Source: an uncultured bacterium (lineage in GTDB: Bacteria > Patescibacteriota > Gracilibacteria > UBA1369 > PNNO01). Taken from it: a stretch of DNA of 32,000 nucleotides. The stretch spans positions 360,001 to 392,000 of the forward strand of contig OY969931.1 in the NCBI GenBank assembly GCA_963704705.1, written 5' to 3'. Position numbers and translations under genes: made by a program. The notes under the pieces are model-generated. The model was not told the DNA's origin, searched no databases, and saw only the letters and a list, made by a program, of their open reading frames with translations. Below, one piece after another: positions 23,737 through 30,955 of this stretch. Each line of letters opens with the position of its first letter. The stretch's first letter is position 1.

Positions 23737-23765
23737 AATATATCAAAATCCCATTAAATTTGCAA
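23737..23765 (-). promoter_or_regulatory. Candidate promoter for the Cys-rich micro-ORF
   Basis: The minus strand reads TTGCAA-(17 nt)-TATATT. The -10 ends 34 nt upstream of the ATG, and the -35 lies 6 nt after the DUF3307 stop codon. Confidence 0.4.
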
Positions 23766-23771
23766 TTGACT

Positions 23772-24296
23772 CTAAATTAAAACTACAGCGGACATGAAAA
23801 TTAAAAACCCTATGGTAAAAGCGAGTAATTTGGCATTAATCAGTTTTTTTGATTCTCTTTTTTGAATATATAAAATATCAATTACAAAAAGAATATAAAT
23901 TGCAGATAAAACACCGAGCCATATAAAATTATTTAAATAGAGTGAACCTGCAGCAAAAGTAACATTAAGTTGCGAAAGTATCAGACCTCCAATAATTAAA
24001 CTGATTAAATGAACCATTTGATCCAATAAAAACGGCAAAACATACGCTTTGCTTTTTTTGGTTAAATTGATTTTAGAAATATCCGTAATAAAGTGCACAA
24101 GACTAACGCCACCAATTACAGCCCAAGTTTGCCAAAAATCCAAATATGGAACTAAAATAATGATTGAGATAAGTGCAAAAATCATTACATGTACCAAAGT
24201 TCCAAAAGGTGATGCGTATTTCATTTTTAGCAGTCTGTTTGGCTGGAAAGTGAAATCCGCAAGGAAGTGTGCAACAATTAAATAAGTTATCGGCAT
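23772..24296 (-). CDS. DUF3307-like polytopic membrane protein
   Basis: 174 aa. The N-terminal LIVAHFLADFTFQP (HxxxDFxxQ), a second HFITD motif and a later DQMVH are consistent with DUF3307 as I recall it. It lies 11 nt downstream of the preceding gene. Confidence 0.55.
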   Translation of the reverse strand: MPITYLIVAHFLADFTFQPNRLLKMKYASPFGTLVHVMIFALISIIILVPYLDFWQTWAVIGGVSLVHFITDISKINLTKKSKAYVLPFLLDQMVHLISLIIGGLILSQLNVTFAAGSLYLNNFIWLGVLSAIYILFVIDILYIQKRESKKLINAKLLAFTIGFLIFMSAVVLI

Positions 24297-24307
24297 GAGC
24301 GTATTGG

Positions 24308-24760
24308 CTATTCATTAAAATCTTCATTGCGCATATTTTCTTTAATGCGACTTATGAACTCACTGCTTATTTGTTCGGCTAGATGTGGGTTTTCGTTAAT
24401 AAGTGTATAGAAATCGTCTTTTTTTAGTATGAAAATTTCAGATTCGGTTAATGTTTTTGCGCTGGCTATTCTTTCTGCCTCGTTTACCAAAGCCATTTCT
24501 CCAAAAAATGAGCCATCTGAAAGAGTGGCAAGTACTATTTGATCATATGGTTTGTCATCGTCACCCTGATAAATTCTAACCTGGCCTTTTTTGATAATGT
24601 ACATTGCCTCACCCTGTTCACCCTGTTTAAAAATTTGTCTGTTTGCAGGATAATACTCAAGTGTGATTTTTTGGCTTAGAAGTTCAATTGATTGAGGTGT
24701 GAGATCCCTAAATAAGGGGACCTGATTTATAATTGAAACAATTGGATTTATATCATTCAT
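24308..24760 (-). CDS. Stand-alone cyclic nucleotide-binding (CNB) domain protein
   Basis: 150 aa. Motifs are FKQGEQGEAMYIIKKGQVRIY and FFGEMALVNEAERIASAKT (a phosphate-binding-cassette-like FGE.AL ... R.A). There is no HTH or other output domain. Confidence 0.8.
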   Translation of the reverse strand: MNDINPIVSIINQVPLFRDLTPQSIELLSQKITLEYYPANRQIFKQGEQGEAMYIIKKGQVRIYQGDDDKPYDQIVLATLSDGSFFGEMALVNEAERIASAKTLTESEIFILKKDDFYTLINENPHLAEQISSEFISRIKENMRNEDFNE

Positions 24761-24771
24761 TATAAGTCGCG

Positions 24772-25131
24772 TTAAAGATAAAGAAATTCTTTGAAGTCGT
24801 TAATATTGAATAAATAGATTTCACTGTTTTCAGTGCATCTTGCGATTGTTTCACGAGGTATATCTTCTATAAGAGCCATTTCTCCAAAAAAATTATCAGG
24901 ATAATGCTTTTCAGTCTGAATTAACTGACCATTTTGATCTTTTTTAAGCATTTCAACCATTCCTGATTTTATCACATAAAAGTGCGTACTTTCATCCCCA
25001 ATTTGATATATTGAGCAATTTTTAGGATAACCCATAAGTACTGCCGTTTTTGTAGCGTCTTTAAGGTCATCTTCATCGATTTCGCTTAGGGCAGGAATAT
25101 TTTTTAGGATTTTAAACAAAGGAGAATCCAT
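24772..25131 (-). CDS. Stand-alone cyclic nucleotide-binding (CNB) domain protein
   Basis: 119 aa. Motifs are YQIGDESTHFYVIKSGMVEM and FFGEMALIEDIPRETIARC. It is a single domain only. Confidence 0.75.
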   Translation of the reverse strand: MDSPLFKILKNIPALSEIDEDDLKDATKTAVLMGYPKNCSIYQIGDESTHFYVIKSGMVEMLKKDQNGQLIQTEKHYPDNFFGEMALIEDIPRETIARCTENSEIYLFNINDFKEFLYL

Positions 25132-25156
25132 TTATTTGTGATTTTTATTTATGTAT

Positions 25157-25184
25157 ATTATACCATAAATAAGCGAAAAATCAA
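25157..25184 (-). promoter_or_regulatory. Extended -10 promoter for the CNB-CNB-DUF3307 unit
   Basis: The minus strand reads TTGATT-(16 nt)-TATAAT, with TGg immediately upstream of the -10 (TGgTATAAT). It lies 25 nt upstream of the ATG at 25131. Confidence 0.5.
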
Positions 25185-25197
25185 GTTGTGTAGCTAA

Positions 25198-26139
25198 TTA
25201 ATCTTCAATTTTCTGGCCTCTGGCAGTAGTCAATTCCTCAGATGTAAAATCAAGAAAGGTATATGTCCAGACCGAAACTGAAAATACATGTACAACCGCG
25301 GCAAGATAAGATGCGAATAATAGCAATAAGAAGCTGAAAATCGCTAAAATTATAAGCCCGTATTCAGGCAGAGAAATAGAAGCGTAATAGGTGAGTCCGG
25401 TAATAATTGCAAGTGGAATAATAATAACCAGAATTATCTGAATTAGTATTCGAATGGCTATTATCAGCATCAATATTACCAGCATAAAAGTTTGCTGAAT
25501 ATTTAAAATAACCAATGTACAGCTCTTAATTATTGCGCTTGATACACTTATTTCATCAATAATTATGTAGTATTCGGCAAAAGTAAAAAGAATGTGAAGA
25601 ATAAATGCTGCAACAGCAACAACTACAAATACGGGAATTAATCCCTGAAATACATTCAGCCCAAGGTTTCTTAAAACAAATGCGGCTTCTGCGCTAATGG
25701 AAATAAAGCTGAAAGTTCTGATTAATAATGAATATTCAAATAAAGGTAAAAATCGTAAAGCTCCGTAATTAACCCCTTCTCCCAAATTCACTTTTTGCCC
25801 GTGACGGCGTCTTGAAATTACTTGAATCATTGAAGCATCAAGCAAAACAGGTAAAAGTAAGAATAATATTAAAATAATGACGCCAATAATTATTAATGGG
25901 ATACTTATATCAAAATTATCTTTAACAAAATTTAAAATAGTTGTTGCGAGTTGAAACAAAAAGCTTTCTCCGGAATCATTAAATAGAGGAGAGGATTTAA
26001 AAGCCAATATTTGGTAGCCAACATACAGAATCCCCACAAAAGTTGTTAAAAGTGCAGGTATAAATCCATACCAGACAATTAATTTTTTATTATTCTGTGT
26101 AAATTGCCACGCTTCGTAGATGCGCTCTTTATATTTCAC
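25198..26139 (-). CDS. Hypothetical polytopic membrane protein
   Basis: 313 aa with a GTG start and at least 6 long hydrophobic helices. No motif recognised. Confidence 0.55.
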   Translation of the reverse strand: MKYKERIYEAWQFTQNNKKLIVWYGFIPALLTTFVGILYVGYQILAFKSSPLFNDSGESFLFQLATTILNFVKDNFDISIPLIIIGVIILILFLLLPVLLDASMIQVISRRRHGQKVNLGEGVNYGALRFLPLFEYSLLIRTFSFISISAEAAFVLRNLGLNVFQGLIPVFVVVAVAAFILHILFTFAEYYIIIDEISVSSAIIKSCTLVILNIQQTFMLVILMLIIAIRILIQIILVIIIPLAIITGLTYYASISLPEYGLIILAIFSFLLLLFASYLAAVVHVFSVSVWTYTFLDFTSEELTTARGQKIED

Positions 26140-26166
26140 TAAAGAGGTTTTAATACTTTCTTATCT

Positions 26167-26194
26167 ATTTTAGAACCTTCACAATTAAAATCAA
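26167..26194 (-). promoter_or_regulatory. Candidate promoter for the 313-aa membrane protein gene
   Basis: The minus strand reads TTGATT-(16 nt)-TAAAAT, about 27 nt upstream of the GTG at 26139. Confidence 0.4.
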
Positions 26195-26224
26195 GTACGC
26201 GTTTTTTTAAGTTTTGGTTTTTCT

Positions 26225-26253
26225 TTGACACACCTATAAAAAGAACTTATAGT
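26225..26253 (+). promoter_or_regulatory. Sigma70-like promoter for corA
   Basis: TTGACA-(17 nt)-TATAGT lies 26 nt upstream of the ATG at 26280. Confidence 0.5.
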
Positions 26254-26279
26254 AACCAACGGGTAAATAAAGCTTTATT

Positions 26280-27212
26280 ATGGCTATTAAAGAAGATATT
26301 ACAAAATCAGTAACTCACGATGGGCTTTTATGGCAAAATATTATTAAGCCAACAGAAAAATCAACTCAAAATTTAAGTAAAAAATATAAATTTCATCATC
26401 TTGATCTGGAAGATTGTTTGTCGAAAATTCAGAGACCTAAAATTGATGATTATGACAAATATTTATTTATCGTTTTGCATTTTCCTTATTATGACAAAAC
26501 CACGGACAGCATTATGCAGGATGAAATAGATATTTTTGTTGGGACGAATTATTTTATTACATTAAGTCCGGGCAATAAGATTTTACAGAAAATTTTCGAT
26601 AAAGTTAAAAGAAGCAAAAAACTAAAAGAGGAATTTATGGGTGAAACATCCGGATATCTTTTATATAAAATTATAGATGAGATGTTTGCGGCTTGTTTTC
26701 CGCTTCTTGATAATATTACTGCTGAAATCGATGAACTTGAAAGCGGTGTTTTTGAGCTTGAGAAACCAAAAGACATGCTTAAAGAAATACTTTCTACCAA
26801 AAAAGATATAATTAATTATAGAAGAATAATTATTCCGCAAAGAACACTTATTGCGCAGCTGGAACATAAAAACAAGAAATTTCTACCTGAAAATTTGGAT
26901 GTATATTTCGATGATGTTGTTGATAAAGTCGAAAAGCTTTATAGCAATTTGGAGAGTTTGTGGGATATTATTGCTTCGCTTCACGAAACAAATGAATCAA
27001 TTCTTTCTCATAATACAAACAACGTAATTAAAATCCTTACGATTTTCAGTGTGATTATGCTTCCTTTAACGTTTGTTACTGGTCTTTATGGAATGAATAT
27101 TACCGGGCTTCCGGTTGCCGAGCATCCAATGGCATTTTTTGTAATAAGCGGGTTTTTGGTTTTAATTGTGCTTGTGATGCTGGTGTTTTTCAGATTTAAA
27201 AAATGGATCTAG
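26280..27212 (+). CDS. corA: CorA-family magnesium/cobalt transporter
   Basis: 310 aa with a cytoplasmic N-domain and two C-terminal TM helices. The signature GLYGMNITGLP (YGMN) is present. Confidence 0.9.
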   Translation: MAIKEDITKSVTHDGLLWQNIIKPTEKSTQNLSKKYKFHHLDLEDCLSKIQRPKIDDYDKYLFIVLHFPYYDKTTDSIMQDEIDIFVGTNYFITLSPGNKILQKIFDKVKRSKKLKEEFMGETSGYLLYKIIDEMFAACFPLLDNITAEIDELESGVFELEKPKDMLKEILSTKKDIINYRRIIIPQRTLIAQLEHKNKKFLPENLDVYFDDVVDKVEKLYSNLESLWDIIASLHETNESILSHNTNNVIKILTIFSVIMLPLTFVTGLYGMNITGLPVAEHPMAFFVISGFLVLIVLVMLVFFRFKKWI

Positions 27213-27514
27213 GAATTTTTTCTGTTAATTCTTTTGGCTTCTTTTTCAAGTAAATAAAGCCGTTTTTGTTGTAATTTTGAAACTGTTTTTTGCAGATCAG
27301 TTATTAAATCCGAAATTTCAGTTATTTTAAATTTACGTTCTTTTTTTACAAAATTAATAAGTTTTCCACTGACTTTTTGAAATAATCTGTATGAAATATT
27401 AGGATGTACAATATCGTTTTTTGAATTTGAAGTACCAATAAATTTCGCACTTATATGCGTTTTTTGTTTTGGATCTTTAGCCGGTTCTTCTTTAGGAATT
27501 GGCTTCCAGTTCAT
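27209..27514 (-). CDS. Hypothetical basic protein with a coiled-coil-like C-terminus
   Basis: 101 aa. It is translationally coupled to the amidase: the amidase TAA stop and this gene's ATG overlap as TAATG. No motif recognised. Confidence 0.45.
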   Translation of the reverse strand: MNWKPIPKEEPAKDPKQKTHISAKFIGTSNSKNDIVHPNISYRLFQKVSGKLINFVKKERKFKITEISDLITDLQKTVSKLQQKRLYLLEKEAKRINRKNS

Positions 27515-29484
27515 TATTTTACATTAAAAATTAATTTCATACTTTTTCCTTCAATCCATGCAATTTGTTCAATTACAGGTGCAAAATATTCTTCGTAAAT
27601 ACCCGGATGAGACGGAGCTTTAAGGTTAAATAGAAAGTGACCTACCTGACCCGGCTCAACAGATGATTCACTTAAATATCCCATTCTTGTTGATTTTGTG
27701 AATGTACTGATTCTGTCGCGCGGATTATCAGCGCCAAGTGAAATTCTGTTCTGACCAAAGTTTTTCCATGTAATGTTTCCGGTATTTTTTAACTGAACTG
27801 TAGCAACTACTTTCTCACCAACACTTAATAGAGTTTTTGGCGCGGAAATATCAATAAATTCAAAATCGAAATGTGGATTTTCTACGATTGTTGGAATATA
27901 GAAAGGATCTTCGGAAACATGGTTTCCGTTAAATACAGGTTTAAATGGAATATAATAAAAACCTCCTTTTAATTTACTGCTTATTTTAATACTAAATGTG
28001 CCGGTTTCACCTGGCTTCACCAGTTTTTCTGATAATTTTGCACTGGTAACATTAAACGCTTCTTTAATTAAATCATCTGCATCAACGTTTATTCTTGTGT
28101 TGTTATCCCATGTTTTTGTTCCTGTGTTTTTTAATTTGAATACATATTTAATATTTTTTTCAGGTTTAAGATTGATTTCATCTAAAGTGGCAAGATATTC
28201 AAAATCGAATTCTTTTGTTTCTTTGTTTTTTGAAGGGTTATTGTAATCAAAATTACCGTTTAACTGAGCAACTTGACGTCTGATTATCGGCAGGAACTTG
28301 ATTATATTTGTTCCAGGACATGAAGTTGCCATTACTGAATTGTGTCCGATTATATTTGGTAATTTCTGACCTCTAAAATATGATTCACCCATTGGGTCAA
28401 TTCCATATAATTTTGTTTTTTCTGAAATCAATAATTCCAAAGCAGTCAGGACATTTTTATTAAGTTCCTGATCATTATAGTTACCCAGAATTGCTATACC
28501 AATAGAACCCTTGTTTCCAGGACCGGCATGCGCTCCAACCACACCTTCACCACCATATCTTCCTTCATAAATATTTCCATTTTGGTCGATTATATAATTG
28601 TATCCAATGTCTCCCCATCCTTTCGCAATAGTATGATAATAATAAATGTCACGTATTGCTTTTACAGGGTCATCCAGATCCTTAACAGAACCTGTGTGAT
28701 GAATGATTATTTTTTGCATTTTTTCCGGATACTCTAATGGCCAGGTAAGAGTTCTTCCCAGGCTATCTGTTTTTATTACTTTGTTCAATTTAAGTTCATT
28801 TGCGAATCTTGTATAAAAATCCGAAGGTAAATTTACCAATACAGGCTCAGGTTTATCATCTGTATAAAGTCTTAAATCTTCATTCGCTCCCCATTCTGCT
28901 CTTGTTATATATTTAATTCCCTTATTATTTAGTGAAGCTCCCGAAAGCTGGCTGCCGGGTTTATAAATTGCTGATGAGAGCACTTTTGGTACAAGCGGCT
29001 CATCATTCGCATTAATATAAGTAAATTTAATATTTTTAAATATAGGCGAAACGCTTTTATCTTTGGTAGTAAGTGTTACTTTATATTGAAATGATTCCGC
29101 AGTGTTTGCATTTATTATTGCATCCATATGTTCTCCTTCACCTTCATAAGCCACTTGATTCCATTCTCCCCAGGTAATCCCGTCAAAAAATCTTATTTCC
29201 ATTTGTATATCCGTCCCTTTTGGAGTTGTTTGATCCCATTCCAATGCAAGTGAGCTAAACGGGAAATCAGCAACTTCGACATCTGAAGTATAAGTATAAG
29301 TTGAATCTTTATATAATGCTTTTGCGCCATTAACGTCAGCTGATAAATGATTTTCCAATGTTATATTCACATCGTTATTCACATAGCCAAATAGCTCGAA
29401 ATCCTTTTGATTAAGCTCTGTTCCGGCCAATAAAAGCGATATTCCAAATAGAATGATAGCTAACCTTAAAGTATATTTTTTCAT
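27514..29484 (-). CDS. Secreted N-acetylmuramoyl-L-alanine amidase (Amidase_2/PGRP fold) with N- and C-terminal beta-rich accessory domains
   Basis: 656 aa with signal peptide MKKYTLRLAIILFGISLLLAG. The central amidase_2 motifs are ITRAEWGANE, IIIHHTGS, GWGDIGYNYIIDQNGNIYEGR, GAHAGPGNKGSIGIAILGNY and GHNSVMATSCPG. The C-terminal repeats KNTGxxTW resemble NBR1/Ig-like modules. Confidence 0.85.
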   Translation of the reverse strand: MKKYTLRLAIILFGISLLLAGTELNQKDFELFGYVNNDVNITLENHLSADVNGAKALYKDSTYTYTSDVEVADFPFSSLALEWDQTTPKGTDIQMEIRFFDGITWGEWNQVAYEGEGEHMDAIINANTAESFQYKVTLTTKDKSVSPIFKNIKFTYINANDEPLVPKVLSSAIYKPGSQLSGASLNNKGIKYITRAEWGANEDLRLYTDDKPEPVLVNLPSDFYTRFANELKLNKVIKTDSLGRTLTWPLEYPEKMQKIIIHHTGSVKDLDDPVKAIRDIYYYHTIAKGWGDIGYNYIIDQNGNIYEGRYGGEGVVGAHAGPGNKGSIGIAILGNYNDQELNKNVLTALELLISEKTKLYGIDPMGESYFRGQKLPNIIGHNSVMATSCPGTNIIKFLPIIRRQVAQLNGNFDYNNPSKNKETKEFDFEYLATLDEINLKPEKNIKYVFKLKNTGTKTWDNNTRINVDADDLIKEAFNVTSAKLSEKLVKPGETGTFSIKISSKLKGGFYYIPFKPVFNGNHVSEDPFYIPTIVENPHFDFEFIDISAPKTLLSVGEKVVATVQLKNTGNITWKNFGQNRISLGADNPRDRISTFTKSTRMGYLSESSVEPGQVGHFLFNLKAPSHPGIYEEYFAPVIEQIAWIEGKSMKLIFNVK

Positions 29485-29506
29485 TTTATTTTTTTATTTT
29501 CCTTTA

Positions 29507-29535
29507 ATTCTAGCATAAAAACCCAATTTTTTCAA
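29507..29535 (-). promoter_or_regulatory. Candidate extended -10 promoter for the amidase gene
   Basis: The minus strand reads TTGAAA-(17 nt)-TAGAAT, preceded by TGc. It lies 22 nt upstream of the ATG at 29484. Confidence 0.45.
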
Positions 29536-29555
29536 TCTCCGTAAGCATAAAAAAG

Positions 29556-29584
29556 TTGACACCTTATTCAATTATACGTACACT
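29556..29584 (+). promoter_or_regulatory. Candidate promoter for the 412-aa hypothetical gene
   Basis: TTGACA-(17 nt)-TACACT lies 66 nt upstream of the ATG at 29651. Confidence 0.45.
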
Positions 29585-29650
29585 AATTTTGTTAATTTCT
29601 AGCAAGGGCTTTCCCTTTAATACCCACGAAAGGCTTTTTATAAAGCGGCC

Positions 29651-30889
29651 ATGATTTACAATCTAAAATACAAAAAGCAAAACCAGCTTGGTAAGCTTAT
29701 CCTTGAGAAAGAAGGTGAGATTATAATTAATAATGATAATTTTCAGCTTAAAGGAAAAGGTGCTACCGATATTGGCGAAACAATAAACTTTTCCGACATG
29801 AAAGATTGGCGTGTTCGTGAAGAGCACGTTACTTTTACGACTATTTCAAAAGATAAATATACTATGATAAATTTGGGAAATCTTTATAAAGATTTCTTGC
29901 ATGATTTTGTTAAAGCCAGAAATACATTCTTAATGAAGGCTTTATTTATGACCGATGGCGAATTGGTTGCTGAATTTGACGGGGATTATGAGATTTTTAG
30001 TAAATATGAAAAAAGTCTTAGCAAAGGTCATGCTAAACTTGTGTTGTACGATAGAAGCATAGTTATTGTGCCATTTGAACGCGATGCATTCAGTATTTCA
30101 CTTAATTTTTTAAAGAGATTTGATATTGATGATGAATTTTATGAAATTAACCTGATATTAGATCAAGGTTTTATTATTCACTTTAAAAATTTGGGAACCG
30201 CATTTGAAGAATTTAAATCAAAGGTTGAAGAAGTTCAACAGCGGATGTATCAAGATACTATCGATAAACTTAAGGATATTTTATTGGAATTTGATTCAGC
30301 TACTTTAATTAAGCTTGGTTACGAAATGAAACGCGGTAAAGCCGTGAATATTAAAAAAATTAAAAAAATAAACGATAAACTTGTTGATAGCATGAAGGAA
30401 ATTATTCTTCATGATGATCTTGCGAAAAAACATTATGAATATTTTGAAAAAATGGCTGACCCTGAACATATTTATCTTGGAATTAGCCCTGAACCACCAA
30501 AACATCAACCAAAAGGCAACGACACGCAGTTTTCTACCTGGTTTTTTATGGGAATGCCTGATAAAAATCTGGTTGTTGCTGTAATTACAAATGGAGGATA
30601 TAGGGGGATTTATTTCTTTAAAATAATTATGGAGAAAGGTAATGCGAAAGAAAAAGTAGAGGAAAAATTACTCGAAGTTAATCAGGCATTATTGAAAATG
30701 AAATTTGTAACAACAGCATTTTATAAAGATAAAAGGGAACTTAGAAGGTCAGTTTACAGATTTGCACTCCGAAAATTGCCTTATTTGCGTTTATTACGGC
30801 GTTCATATGTTGGTCGTCTTACCCCATTTAATGAGGTGGATTGGGATAAGAGAATTAAAGATATTTTTGATAAGGCTGAACTTAAATAA
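29651..30889 (+). CDS. Hypothetical cytoplasmic protein (412 aa), no recognisable family
   Basis: A long ORF with codon usage like its neighbours. It has no TM helix or signal peptide. The N-terminal half shows two similar beta-rich segments, and the C-terminus is basic (RFALRKLPYLRLLRRSYVGR). Confidence 0.55.
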   Translation: MIYNLKYKKQNQLGKLILEKEGEIIINNDNFQLKGKGATDIGETINFSDMKDWRVREEHVTFTTISKDKYTMINLGNLYKDFLHDFVKARNTFLMKALFMTDGELVAEFDGDYEIFSKYEKSLSKGHAKLVLYDRSIVIVPFERDAFSISLNFLKRFDIDDEFYEINLILDQGFIIHFKNLGTAFEEFKSKVEEVQQRMYQDTIDKLKDILLEFDSATLIKLGYEMKRGKAVNIKKIKKINDKLVDSMKEIILHDDLAKKHYEYFEKMADPEHIYLGISPEPPKHQPKGNDTQFSTWFFMGMPDKNLVVAVITNGGYRGIYFFKIIMEKGNAKEKVEEKLLEVNQALLKMKFVTTAFYKDKRELRRSVYRFALRKLPYLRLLRRSYVGRLTPFNEVDWDKRIKDIFDKAELK

Positions 30890-30893
30890 ATTT

Positions 30894-30922
30894 TTTACTT
30901 TCCAATATTTCTGGTGTACAAT
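30894..30922 (+). promoter_or_regulatory. Candidate promoter for trxA
   Basis: TTTACT-(17 nt)-TACAAT lies 33 nt upstream of the ATG at 30956. Confidence 0.4.
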
Positions 30923-30955
30923 AACGTACTGATTTATCCTTTAACATAACTTTTT

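Noticed and set aside
23732-23797. 21-codon plus-strand ORF (MTIYQNPIKFAIDSKLKLQRT)
   Set aside because: It runs antisense across the micro-ORF promoter and the DUF3307 3-prime end. It has no promoter, repeat or compositional support.
24308-25131. Pycsar/CBASS-type antiphage signalling system
   Set aside because: No nucleotide cyclase or CD-NTase lies in or near the cluster, and no TIR, nuclease or patatin effector is present. The CNB proteins are not fused to TM segments as in Pycsar effectors. I kept the cluster only as an uncharacterised cNMP-linked membrane module.
26140-26279. Mg-sensing M-box riboswitch upstream of corA
   Set aside because: The predicted leader is only about 26 nt and the region is AT-rich without the multi-helix structure an M-box needs.
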